This document shows positions 38,256 through 49,285 of a stretch of 64,000 nt of DNA, one piece after another. Each line of letters opens with the position of its first letter. Position 1 is the first letter of the stretch. The stretch comes from Flavobacteriaceae bacterium CG2_30_31_66. GTDB taxonomy: Bacteria > Bacteroidota > Bacteroidia > Flavobacteriales > Flavobacteriaceae. The stretch lies in the NCBI GenBank assembly GCA_001873065.1, contig MNYM01000002.1, positions 6,781-70,780 of the forward strand. Reading direction: 5' to 3'. The position numbers and the translations under genes are program-made. The notes beneath the pieces were generated by a model that made no database searches, was not told the DNA's origin, and saw only the letters and a program-made list of their open reading frames with translations.

Positions 38256-39758
38256 ATGAGAAATTATAATATCTTTTTATTTTTAATCAGCTTTTCGTTT
38301 ATTATTTCTTGTAAAAATGACGATCAAAAAATTGATTTTACTTTTTTACAACTCAATGACGTATATGAAATTTCATCCATTCAAGGAGGAAAATTTGGTG
38401 GATTGGCGAGAGTGGAAACCATACATCAACAATTGTTGCAAGAAAATAAAAACACTTTGCTTGTCATGGCTGGAGATTTTTTAAACCCCTCATTATTAGG
38501 AACTTTAAAGGTTAATAATGAGCGAGTTTTAGGAAAGCAAATGATAGAAGTGATGAATGCCATGAAATTTGATGTGGTGGCTTTTGGAAATCATGAGTTT
38601 GATTTGTCTCAAAAAGATTTGCAAAGCCGCCTTAGCGAAAGTTCTTTTCCTTGGATTTCTGCCAATGTAAAATTGATATCTGAAAACGATACAATTTCAT
38701 TTTACAAAGAAGTTCAAGGAACGAAAACACCTCTAAAAGACTATTTTATCAAAGAATTTTCAGACAATGACGGAACGAAAATTAAAGTTGGATTTATAAG
38801 TGTTTGCATTCCTTCCAATCCAAAAGAGTATGTTTTTTATGAAAATATGTTTGTGAAAGCAAGAGCCTCTTATGAATCCATCAAAGATAGTGTGGATGTA
38901 GTTTTTGGCTTAACACATGTAAAAATTGTAAATGATAAACGAATTGCAAAATTATTACCAAATATTCCCTTGATTATGGGTGGTCATGAGCATACAAATC
39001 ATTCAGAAAGAGTAGGGAATGTACTGATTACCAAGGCTGATGCAAATGCAAAAACGGTGTATGTTCATCGAATTTCATTTGATAAAAGAATAAAAAAGGT
39101 AACTATTTCCTCGGAGCTAAAAGAAATAAATAATAAAATTCAGCAAGACAAAAGAGTAGGAGAAATTGTTTCAAAATGGCAAACAATTTTGAATACTAAT
39201 ATCAAAGCAATTATTGAGAATCCGAATGAAATCATTTACAATGCCATCACTAGTTTGGAAGGGAGAGATACTCCAATTAGAAGTGAGCAAACCAATTTGG
39301 GCGGAATTATTACAAAATCAATGTCTTATTCTTTTGATAATCAGGTAGATTGTGCTTTAGTAAATGGAGGCTCTATTCGAATTGATGATGTTTTAGAAGG
39401 AGAAATAACTCCTATTGATATTTTTAGAGTTTTGCCTTATGGAGGAGCTATTTTAAAAGTCCAAATAAAAGGAAGATTGCTTAAAAGAGTACTAGATTAT
39501 GGACTTTCAGCGTCAGGAACAGGTGCTTATTTACAGCGTTTTAATGCAGAAAAAATAGCTGATAATTGGATGATAAACAATGCAAAATTGGATATTCAAA
39601 AAACATACACAGTAGCTTTTTCTGATTATTTGTTAAAAGGTTTTGATATTCCTTTTTTATCAGAGGAAAATAAAGAAGTACTTTCTATTTATTATCCAAC
39701 TTCGAATGAATTGGCTGCTGATATCAGAAAAGCAGTAGTTGCATTTTTGAAAAATTAA
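38256..39758 (+). CDS. Bifunctional metallophosphatase/5'-nucleotidase, lipoprotein
   Basis: Lipobox IISC; NDVYE, AGDFL, GNHEFD, GGHEH, NGGSIR. Confidence 0.92.
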   Translation: MRNYNIFLFLISFSFIISCKNDDQKIDFTFLQLNDVYEISSIQGGKFGGLARVETIHQQLLQENKNTLLVMAGDFLNPSLLGTLKVNNERVLGKQMIEVMNAMKFDVVAFGNHEFDLSQKDLQSRLSESSFPWISANVKLISENDTISFYKEVQGTKTPLKDYFIKEFSDNDGTKIKVGFISVCIPSNPKEYVFYENMFVKARASYESIKDSVDVVFGLTHVKIVNDKRIAKLLPNIPLIMGGHEHTNHSERVGNVLITKADANAKTVYVHRISFDKRIKKVTISSELKEINNKIQQDKRVGEIVSKWQTILNTNIKAIIENPNEIIYNAITSLEGRDTPIRSEQTNLGGIITKSMSYSFDNQVDCALVNGGSIRIDDVLEGEITPIDIFRVLPYGGAILKVQIKGRLLKRVLDYGLSASGTGAYLQRFNAEKIADNWMINNAKLDIQKTYTVAFSDYLLKGFDIPFLSEENKEVLSIYYPTSNELAADIRKAVVAFLKN

Positions 39759-39761
39759 TAA

Positions 39762-39788
39762 AAAAGCTTCACAAATTGTGAAGCTTTT
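39762..39788. terminator. Bidirectional terminator
   Basis: AAAAGCTTCAC-N5-GTGAAGCTTTT between convergent genes. Confidence 0.8.
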
Positions 39789-39811
39789 ATGAATCTTTTA
39801 AAGAGTTTTAA

Positions 39812-41617
39812 TTATCTTTTTCTACCAAAACTACTACCTTTTCTGTCTGCAGAACTTTTTGGTTTGTCACTAAAATTTCTATCAGATCTTTTTCTTCCTC
39901 CAAAATCAATTGGTTTTTTGCTTGCACCTTCATCACTTCTTCGTCTTCCAAAACCGCCGTCTTTTTTGGCAAAAGGTTTTTTTCCATCTTTTCTTTCATA
40001 ACCATTTGATCGTTCTTTTTTCGTGATTTCGATATTTACTGTTCGTCCTCCAAAATCAGGTTGGTTGTTTGAAAAAGCTTCTAATGTTTTTTCTTCAAAG
40101 TTTTTATCGATTTCAAAAAATGAAAAGGTATCTAAAATATCGATAGCACCAATCTCAATCTTGTCTCCAATTTTTTGATCATTAATCAATCCAATTAGTT
40201 TTGCAGGATTTAAATTGTCTTTTCTACCAATATTGATAAAGAAACGAGTCATGTTGTCACTTGTTGATCTAGCTCTTGAGCTATCTCTTGATAAATCATT
40301 CAAATCCTTAGAGTTTTCATAATAAGAAAGAAATGTATTAAATTCAAGGGAAACAAACTTTTGAATCAATTCTTCTCTTGAAAAATCAGCCAATTTTTTA
40401 TAAATATTTGGTAAAAAATCTTGGATTTCAGTTTCGTTTACAACTGTATTTTGCACTCTATCAATCAAGTGGAATAATTGATTTTGGCAAATTTCTTTTC
40501 CTGTAGGAACCCTAGTTTCAACAAATTTTTTGTTGATAATTCTTTCAATTGGTCTTAGCTTACTTTTTTCTTTGTTGTTTACTAAAACTAATGAAATCCC
40601 TTTTTTTCCTGCTCTTCCAGTTCTCCCACTTCTGTGGTTATAGTTTTCTATTTGATCGGGTAATTTATGGTTGATAATGTGCGTTAAATTATTTACATCA
40701 ATTCCCCGAGCAGCAACATCAGTAGCTACTAATAATTGCACACTTTTATTGTGAAATTTATCCATCACAGAATCTCTTTGCGCTTGCGATAAATCACCGT
40801 GCAATGCATCTGCATTATATCCGTCTTTAATTAATTTGTCAGCAACCTCTTGTGTTTCTCTTCTAGTTCTACAGAAAATAATTGCATAAATATCAGGGTT
40901 TAAATCAGCAATTCTTTTCAATGCTAAGTAACGAGTACTTTCGTTAACCAAATAATATTCGTGGCTAACATTGTCTGAACTTTCATTTTTTTGACCAGAA
41001 GTAATTTCTACTGGTTTGTTCATATAATTTCTAGAAATCGCCTCAACTTCCGCAGGAAATGTTGCAGAAAACAACAACGTTTGTTTTGTTTTTGGAGTTG
41101 CTTGTAATATGTTATCCAATTCTTCTTTGAAACCCATATTCAACATTTCATCGGCTTCATCCAAAACTAGCCATTCAATATTACCAAGTTTTAAAGCTCT
41201 TCTGTTGATCAAATCAACTGCTCTTCCTGGAGTTCCAATCACAATTTGCGCGCCTTTGTTCAAAGCTCTTATTTGTTCTTCAATGCTTGCACCACCATAA
41301 ACAGTAACTACCTTCATATTTTTCATATATTTCGAAAAATCTTGAATGTTTTTACCAATTTGAACGGCTAATTCTCTTGTTGGCGATAAAATAATTGCTT
41401 GTGTATTTGAATTATTTTCATCAATTAATTCCAAAATTGGTAAACTAAATGCTGCAGTTTTTCCTGTTCCTGTTTGTGCAAATGCTTTTAAATCGGTTCT
41501 TGACGAGATAATTTGTGGAATTGCTTTTTCTTGAATAATTGTAGGATTATCATATCCTAAATCCAATAATGCTCTTGTAATAGGTTCTTTTAAACCCAAT
41601 TCTAAAAATGTTGACAT
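39812..41617 (-). CDS. DEAD-box RNA helicase (DeaD/CsdA-like, DbpA C-terminal domain)
   Basis: AQTGTGKT, PTRELA, TPGR, DEAD, SAT, HRSGRTGRAG; basic C-terminal tail. Likely start MSTFLELGL at 41617. Confidence 0.95.
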   Translation of the reverse strand: MSTFLELGLKEPITRALLDLGYDNPTIIQEKAIPQIISSRTDLKAFAQTGTGKTAAFSLPILELIDENNSNTQAIILSPTRELAVQIGKNIQDFSKYMKNMKVVTVYGGASIEEQIRALNKGAQIVIGTPGRAVDLINRRALKLGNIEWLVLDEADEMLNMGFKEELDNILQATPKTKQTLLFSATFPAEVEAISRNYMNKPVEITSGQKNESSDNVSHEYYLVNESTRYLALKRIADLNPDIYAIIFCRTRRETQEVADKLIKDGYNADALHGDLSQAQRDSVMDKFHNKSVQLLVATDVAARGIDVNNLTHIINHKLPDQIENYNHRSGRTGRAGKKGISLVLVNNKEKSKLRPIERIINKKFVETRVPTGKEICQNQLFHLIDRVQNTVVNETEIQDFLPNIYKKLADFSREELIQKFVSLEFNTFLSYYENSKDLNDLSRDSSRARSTSDNMTRFFINIGRKDNLNPAKLIGLINDQKIGDKIEIGAIDILDTFSFFEIDKNFEEKTLEAFSNNQPDFGGRTVNIEITKKERSNGYERKDGKKPFAKKDGGFGRRRSDEGASKKPIDFGGRKRSDRNFSDKPKSSADRKGSSFGRKR

Positions 41618-41713
41618 ACTGTGTTTTTTGAGATTCACAGACGCCCACCTGTAAATCCGATTATTAATTCGGCTTGATTTTTTTTGTGAATTTAACTCGC
41701 AAAAAATTCCGTG

Positions 41714-41721
41714 CAAAGGTA
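41714..41721 (-). promoter_or_regulatory. -7 promoter element (TACCTTTG) for the helicase
   Basis: Exact motif; implies a 5' UTR of about 90 nt. Confidence 0.65.
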
Positions 41722-41754
41722 CACTAAATTAAATAGATAGCAAGAAATAATTAA

Positions 41755-43149
41755 TTAATTTACTTTATTTAAAATTTCCAAATAATCTGAAAGATTTGAT
41801 GAAGAAATAGAAGCAAAGCCATTCATAACTTTTCCTTTCTTATCAACAAGGATACAACGTGGCATTTTGCAAGTTAAAAAATCATTGGCTTTACTGTCAT
41901 CAGGAAGATAATATTGAGATTTGATATCCAAACTTTCAACTCTTTCAGATTTTTTTCCATCAATCTTTACAGGAATAAAGATGATGTTGGTATAGTTTAT
42001 AGATAAAAAATTCATTCGTGAAAAAATATAAGATTCAGAAACATATTCTGGACTCCAAAAAAACAACAAAGCATTTTTTTGTTTTATAACATCAAAAATT
42101 GATAATGTAGCATTCGAATAATCATTGATATTAAAATCTTGTAATTGATTTGATGCAACTACTGCTTTTGTATCGTTCAACAGCTTTCTTACCAAAATTT
42201 TATCTTCTTCATTGGTGCTTAATTTGAAATATTTTTCAAAAGTTTCTTCATTTAATTCACAACTAGATTTGTTGTAGAAATGACTAATAACAGTCTGCTT
42301 TAAAAATGCATTTTTAGTATTTTCAAAACTGATTTTTTTATCAATTATTGTCATTAAATCCGAAGTAAATTTTGGACTATAATTCTTTTTCATTGGTGGA
42401 TGACCCAATGAATAAGTTTCATTATACAAATAATTTCGAACATACTGAGAGTAAGGTGGGTAATATATTAATGAGTCATTATCAATTTTTGCAAATTTTC
42501 TGTAGTCGTAAAATGAATTATTTATTTTTGGAAGTTGCTCAGATTTAGCATATTTTGCGTTCAAAATAGGGTATTTTTCCATTCTTGCGTACAAAGGATA
42601 TGTCAAGGCAACTTTTAGGACTTTTTTAAAACCATCAGTTTCTTGAGGATGACTTTCGGCATATTCGTTGTAAAGTTCTATATTTGATTTTAAGGAGGAG
42701 GCTATTTTTCGTTGAAATTCTTTTGAGTCCAATTTATTAAACTCGTGAAAAGAAAAGGATTCTTTTTCATCTTCTAAAAAACAGTCAATTAAAATATTAT
42801 TTCTCTCAGCACCTTTTCCGACAAATACCAAGGATTCATCAAAATTCCAAGTATTTAATCGTAAAAGCACGCTATCACCGGGCTCTAAATAAACATGTTG
42901 ATTTTCATATCCATGACTAAAATAAAACAAACCTTCGACTGGTAGTGTTACTTTTCCAATAAATTTATCATCATTATCTAAATAAAAAGTATCAATTACT
43001 TGATCCATAGAATACAATATAACATGATTCGATTTTGGATGAATTATTTTTCCGCCAAAATAAGCATAAGTCAGCTTTTTATCTGACTTACAACTAATTA
43101 TAGAAATAAAAAGTGTTATTGTTATAAGGTATTTCAAGTTATTAATCAT
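41755..43149 (-). CDS. Hypothetical lipoprotein with degenerate C-terminal TlpA/thioredoxin-like domain
   Basis: Lipobox IISC; C-terminal LLFFWS...PRCILVDKKGKV resembles TlpA but has no CxxC. Confidence 0.65.
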   Translation of the reverse strand: MINNLKYLITITLFISIISCKSDKKLTYAYFGGKIIHPKSNHVILYSMDQVIDTFYLDNDDKFIGKVTLPVEGLFYFSHGYENQHVYLEPGDSVLLRLNTWNFDESLVFVGKGAERNNILIDCFLEDEKESFSFHEFNKLDSKEFQRKIASSLKSNIELYNEYAESHPQETDGFKKVLKVALTYPLYARMEKYPILNAKYAKSEQLPKINNSFYDYRKFAKIDNDSLIYYPPYSQYVRNYLYNETYSLGHPPMKKNYSPKFTSDLMTIIDKKISFENTKNAFLKQTVISHFYNKSSCELNEETFEKYFKLSTNEEDKILVRKLLNDTKAVVASNQLQDFNINDYSNATLSIFDVIKQKNALLFFWSPEYVSESYIFSRMNFLSINYTNIIFIPVKIDGKKSERVESLDIKSQYYLPDDSKANDFLTCKMPRCILVDKKGKVMNGFASISSSNLSDYLEILNKVN

Positions 43150-43252
43150 CAATATTTTCCTAAATAGATTTTACAAATTTAGGTATTAGCATGAGCTATG
43201 ATTGTTAATTAGAAGTTAAAATAATAGTAATACTTCCTTAAAAATTTCTTGA

Positions 43253-44947
<1,695 letters not shown>

Positions 44948-44949
44948 TA

Positions 44950-44979
44950 AAAAAAGGAAACTGAAAAGTTTCCTTTTTT
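44950..44979. terminator. Bidirectional terminator with GAAA tetraloop
   Basis: AAAAAAGGAAACT-gaaa-AGTTTCCTTTTTT. Confidence 0.88.
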
Positions 44980-44985
44980 GTTGAG

Positions 44986-45924
44986 TTATTTTTGAAGTGG
45001 ACTGATTATTTTTACATCCGAAAATGAAATGGCACCTCTTATAACACCATCAATTGTTTTCTTGAGAGCTTCAATTAGTTGCATTTTTAATTGTGATTTG
45101 TGGTAAATCAAACTCACTTCTCTTGCTGGTTGTGGGTTTCCAAATTCTCTTAATAAACTTTGATCATTTTTTGATAAATCCAAGGTGTGTAAATAAGGTA
45201 ATAATGTCATTCCCAAACCTTCTTTGGTCAATTTTATCAAAGTATCAAAACTGCCACTTGCCAATTGAAATCCTTTTTTATTATCTATTTTATAATTTCT
45301 GCAAAGATTGATAACGCTGTCTTTAAAACAATGTCCGTCTTCCAACAACAAAATATCTTCCATTTCCAAATCTATTACATTGAGATTTTTATTTTTAAAA
45401 AGTCGATGATTTTCAGGAATCAATCCTACAAAAGGTTCATAATATAAAGGTCTTTCTTTTATAGCTTCATTCTCTAAAGGAGTTGCGGCAATTGCAGCGT
45501 CAAGATGACCATCTGTTAATTTTCTTATGATATCTTCGGTGTTTAATTCTTCAATAATCAACTTTACTTTTGGATATTTTTTGGTAAAATTATTCAAAAA
45601 CATGGGAAGTAAAGTTGGCATAATTGTAGGAATTATTCCTATTTTAAATTCACCGCCAACATACCCTTTTTGTTGGTGCACAATATCCATGATTCTGTTG
45701 CTTTCATCAACAATTACCTTGGCTTGTTCTACAATTTTTTTTCCCACTTCCGTTAATTCAATGGGTTTTTTTGAACGGTTAAATATCTGAACACCCAACT
45801 CGTCTTCTAATTTTTGAATTTGCATACTCAAAGTGGGTTGAGTAACAAAACTATGGTCTGCAGCAATGGTAAAATTTTGGTATTCTGCAACTGATAAAAC
45901 ATATTTTAACTGAGTAATTGTCAT
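44986..45924 (-). CDS. oxyR: Hydrogen peroxide-inducible LysR regulator OxyR
   Basis: MTITQLKY HTH, QPTLSMQI; LLEDGHCFKDSVINLC carries the two redox cysteines. Likely start at 45924. Confidence 0.92.
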   Translation of the reverse strand: MTITQLKYVLSVAEYQNFTIAADHSFVTQPTLSMQIQKLEDELGVQIFNRSKKPIELTEVGKKIVEQAKVIVDESNRIMDIVHQQKGYVGGEFKIGIIPTIMPTLLPMFLNNFTKKYPKVKLIIEELNTEDIIRKLTDGHLDAAIAATPLENEAIKERPLYYEPFVGLIPENHRLFKNKNLNVIDLEMEDILLLEDGHCFKDSVINLCRNYKIDNKKGFQLASGSFDTLIKLTKEGLGMTLLPYLHTLDLSKNDQSLLREFGNPQPAREVSLIYHKSQLKMQLIEALKKTIDGVIRGAISFSDVKIISPLQK

Positions 45925-45986
45925 GTGAATAGTTATAAATGATAAAGATATTAAAACTATCAATAATTATTATAGTTTATTAAGAT

Positions 45987-45994
45987 AAATTTAG
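45987..45994 (+). promoter_or_regulatory. -7 promoter element (TAACTTTG) for dps
   Basis: Exact motif 35 nt upstream of the ATG. Confidence 0.65.
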
Positions 45995-46029
45995 TGTAAC
46001 TTTGAAATAATCATTAAAACTAGAGAGAT

Positions 46030-46503
46030 ATGAACAAATTAACGATTGGATTAGACAAGAATGAAAGTAAAAATGTAGCTGAAAAATTAAATGGTTTACT
46101 AGCCAATTTCCAAATTTACTATCAAAATTTAAGAGGTTTGCATTGGAATATCAAAGGGAAAAATTTCTTTGAATTGCATTTAAAGTTTGAAGAATTTTAT
46201 ACAGATGCTCAAGTAAAAATCGATTTAATAGCTGAGCGAATTTTAACATTACAAGCCAAACCATTACACACTTTTCAGGATTATTTGAATACTTCGACTG
46301 TGCCTGTTGGAAAAGATATTTCTAAAGATATTGAAGCTGTTGAATTGGTTATCAATTCGTTATTAAAATTATTGGTCATTGAAAGAGAAATTTTACACCT
46401 TTCAGATGAAACCAATGACGAAGGAACGAATTCTATGATGAGCGATTTTATTGCTGAACAAGAAAAAACAATTTGGATGTTAAATTCTTGGATGGGAAAA
46501 TAA
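46030..46503 (+). CDS. dps: Dps DNA-protection ferritin-like protein
   Basis: HWNIKG, FFELH, D..AER ferroxidase residues; divergent from oxyR. Confidence 0.95.
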   Translation: MNKLTIGLDKNESKNVAEKLNGLLANFQIYYQNLRGLHWNIKGKNFFELHLKFEEFYTDAQVKIDLIAERILTLQAKPLHTFQDYLNTSTVPVGKDISKDIEAVELVINSLLKLLVIEREILHLSDETNDEGTNSMMSDFIAEQEKTIWMLNSWMGK

Positions 46504-46525
46504 ATTTTAAGTTATCTAAATTATT

Positions 46526-46550
46526 AAAAGACCTTTCTCAAGGTCTTTTT
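46526..46550. terminator. Bidirectional terminator
   Basis: AAAAGACCTT-tctc-AAGGTCTTTT. Confidence 0.8.
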
Positions 46551-47191
46551 TAATTTAAAACATAACTGTATCCAATTTCTAATCCCATAATATTATAACC
46601 ATCATTGGGTTTTTGAAAATCAAGATTAGAAACGTGACCAAAGTTTGTTCCTAAATAAAACTGAGATTTTTCATTGGTTTTATATAAAAAACCCAAGGAC
46701 AAATTTTCAATAAACGTAAAGCCTTTTCCCAAACGCTCTGTTCGAGTATCAATATATGAGAAACCCAAACTGAGACTTCCCTGAAAACACCATTGATTGG
46801 AGATTCTTTTCAAACTTGCAAAAGCGAATTCAATACTGTATAAATTCATTTTTTTTGGGTGTGTAAATTCAGCTATTTTTTCCAAATAATTTTCTTGATC
46901 AGGAGTCACATAATATTCGTTTATCAACTGATGTTTTAAATTTTGAATCTGAGGTTGCACAATCAATTCAAAATGCAAACTTTTCCAATTTCCTAATTTA
47001 TAAAAAAGTTGTCCTTTATAAGATTGAGTGGAATAAGTATAATCAAGATCATTATTTATAAAATTTTCATTTGTCCCAAAATTGTATAGAAATCCAATTT
47101 TGTAAGGTTTTAAAAAGGATTTTTTTTTATCCTGACTAATTCCTGAAGTGATAGCAAATAGAAAGACTAAAAGGAAGATATTTTTTTTCAT
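46550..47191 (-). CDS. PagL-like acyloxyacyl hydrolase (outer-membrane beta-barrel)
   Basis: Signal peptide; C-terminal HVSN..F.KPNDG.N matches the PagL HxSN..PNxG motif; aromatic C-terminal beta-strand. Confidence 0.75.
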   Translation of the reverse strand: MKKNIFLLVFLFAITSGISQDKKKSFLKPYKIGFLYNFGTNENFINNDLDYTYSTQSYKGQLFYKLGNWKSLHFELIVQPQIQNLKHQLINEYYVTPDQENYLEKIAEFTHPKKMNLYSIEFAFASLKRISNQWCFQGSLSLGFSYIDTRTERLGKGFTFIENLSLGFLYKTNEKSQFYLGTNFGHVSNLDFQKPNDGYNIMGLEIGYSYVLN

Positions 47192-47200
47192 TAATTCGTT

Positions 47201-48088
47201 CTAGGAAAATATTTTTGATACAATTTCAGCTTTTTTATTTTCAGAATAATCATAAAAACCTTCTCCTGATTTTATGCCCAATTTCCCTGCAACAACCATA
47301 TTTACCAGCAATGGACAAGGAGCATATTTCGGATTTTTAAATCCTTCATACATCACATTCAAAATCGATAAACAAACATCCAACCCAATAAAATCAGCCA
47401 ATTGCAAAGGACCCATTGGATGTGCCATTCCCAATTTCATCACGGTATCAATTTCAGAAACTCCAGCCACGCCATTATACAACGTTTCAATAGATTCGTT
47501 GATCATTGGCATTAAAATTCGATTCGCCACAAAGCCAGGATAATCATTTACTTTCACAGGAATTTTTCCTATTTTCAGAGATAAATCCACAATAAAACTA
47601 GTCACTTCATCACTCGTATTATAACCTCTGATAATTTCTACCAATTGCATGATTGGCACAGGATTCATAAAATGCATCCCAATAACTTTGTCAGCTCTCT
47701 TGGTGGCAGCCCCAATTTGTGTGATGGAAATTGAAGAAGTATTGGTTGCTAAAATGGTATCATCAGGACAAATTTCATCCAACTCTTTAAAAATCTGGGT
47801 TTTTAAATTTACATTTTCAGTAGCAGCTTCAATGACCAAACTTGCATATTTTACACCTTCTTTGATGTTTGAAAAAGTCGTAATATTAGATAAAGTTTTT
47901 GTTTTTTCATTCAACGTTATTTTTTCTTTGGCAACCATTCTATCAAGATTTTTCTCGATAGTTTCCATTCCGCGTTTCAGTGCAATTTCGCTAACATCAA
48001 TCAATTGAACATTATAATTACATTGAGCAAACGTATGCGCAATGCCATTTCCCATGGTTCCAGCGCCAATTACTACTATATTTTTCAT
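47201..48088 (-). CDS. hbd: 3-hydroxybutyryl-CoA dehydrogenase
   Basis: GAGTMGNG, EAATE, ATNTSS, GMHFMNPV, PGFVANR, MGPLQLAD. Confidence 0.93.
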   Translation of the reverse strand: MKNIVVIGAGTMGNGIAHTFAQCNYNVQLIDVSEIALKRGMETIEKNLDRMVAKEKITLNEKTKTLSNITTFSNIKEGVKYASLVIEAATENVNLKTQIFKELDEICPDDTILATNTSSISITQIGAATKRADKVIGMHFMNPVPIMQLVEIIRGYNTSDEVTSFIVDLSLKIGKIPVKVNDYPGFVANRILMPMINESIETLYNGVAGVSEIDTVMKLGMAHPMGPLQLADFIGLDVCLSILNVMYEGFKNPKYAPCPLLVNMVVAGKLGIKSGEGFYDYSENKKAEIVSKIFS

Positions 48089-48116
48089 AAAATAGGATAT
48101 ATTATTTTACTTTTTT

Positions 48117-48215
48117 TGTTTCTGTTGTTTCTCTTGTTTTTATTGTTTAATTAGTTTAACTTTAAGCTTAAACTTGAACCCCTTAAACAATAGAACCCTT
48201 AAACTTTAAACCATT
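48117..48215. repeat. Bipartite periodic array (GTTT-containing 9-mers, central palindrome, AAAC-containing ~8-mers)
   Basis: tgtttctgt tgtttctct tgtttttat tgtttaatt agtttaact; TTTAAGCTTAAA at 48161-48172; then taaacttg aacccct taaacaat agaaccct taaacttt aaaccatt. Confidence 0.65.
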
Positions 48216-48224
48216 CACTATCAA

Positions 48225-49184
48225 CTAAAAACTATCAATTACCATTTGCGCAACTCTCAATGCCTCCGTACCATTGCTGATGGTGATTATAGGAGTCGTA
48301 TTATTATTAATGGCATCAGCAAAAGTTTCTAATTCATCTAGAATGGCATTATTTTGAGTTACTACAGGATTGTCAAAATAAATTTGTTTTTGCACACCTT
48401 CACCATTTTGTAAAATCATAGCATATTCATTTGGCGTCTCAGGAACATCTTTCATGCGAACAACTTCGGTTTTTTTCTCTAAAAAATCAACTGAAATGTA
48501 AGCATCTTTCTGAAAGAAACGAGTTTTACGCATATTTTTCATTGAAATTCTGCTTGCAGTCAAATTTGCTACACAACCATTTTCAAATTCAATTCGTGCA
48601 TTTGCAATGTCTGGCGTTTCTGAAATTACTGAAATTCCACTAGCATACACGTTTTTTACTTTCGATTTTACAACCGATAAAATAATATCAATATCGTGAA
48701 TCATCAAATCAAGCACAACAGGCACATCAGTTCCTCTCGGATTAAACTCTGCTAATCTGTGCGTTTCAATAAACATTGGATTGTTAATCATGTCTTTAGC
48801 GGCTAAAAAAGCAGGATTAAAACGCTCAACATGACCCACTTGTCCTAAAACATGGTATTGACTTGCCAAAGTTTTGATAGCCTCAGCCTCAATAACTGTT
48901 TTAGCAATTGGTTTTTCTATAAAAACATGACAACCTTTTTCGATGGCTTTTTTTGCACAATCAAAATGAGACAAAGTAGGTGTCACAATATCAACAACTT
49001 CAACAGCATCAATCAAATCGTCAATAGAATTGAAAGATGTATACCCAAATTCTGCAATTATTTTTTCGGTATTTTCTGTGGATGGATCATAAAAACCAAC
49101 CAATTCATATTTTTCAGATTGTTGCAATAAACGCAAATGAATTTTACCCAGATGGCCTGCACCTAAAACTCCAATTTTCAACAT
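48225..49184 (-). CDS. Gfo/Idh/MocA family oxidoreductase
   Basis: GAGHLG, EKP, GHVERFNP, LDLMIHDID. Confidence 0.9.
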   Translation of the reverse strand: MLKIGVLGAGHLGKIHLRLLQQSEKYELVGFYDPSTENTEKIIAEFGYTSFNSIDDLIDAVEVVDIVTPTLSHFDCAKKAIEKGCHVFIEKPIAKTVIEAEAIKTLASQYHVLGQVGHVERFNPAFLAAKDMINNPMFIETHRLAEFNPRGTDVPVVLDLMIHDIDIILSVVKSKVKNVYASGISVISETPDIANARIEFENGCVANLTASRISMKNMRKTRFFQKDAYISVDFLEKKTEVVRMKDVPETPNEYAMILQNGEGVQKQIYFDNPVVTQNNAILDELETFADAINNNTTPIITISNGTEALRVAQMVIDSF

Positions 49185-49285
49185 AAATTCTTTTTATTAA
49201 TGAGATTTGAAAAAAATCAATTCAAACAAAGATACAATTTTATAAGAATTTTTATAAAAATATTACTAAATTTAGCTTTTTTGAT

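Noticed and set aside
41618-41716. 33-residue N-terminal extension of the DEAD-box helicase, and similar extensions on purB, oxyR, the MORN protein, the 6179 ORF and the anti-sigma
   Set aside because: The extensions overlap promoter elements or upstream genes and look non-protein-like; downstream ATGs match the family N-termini.
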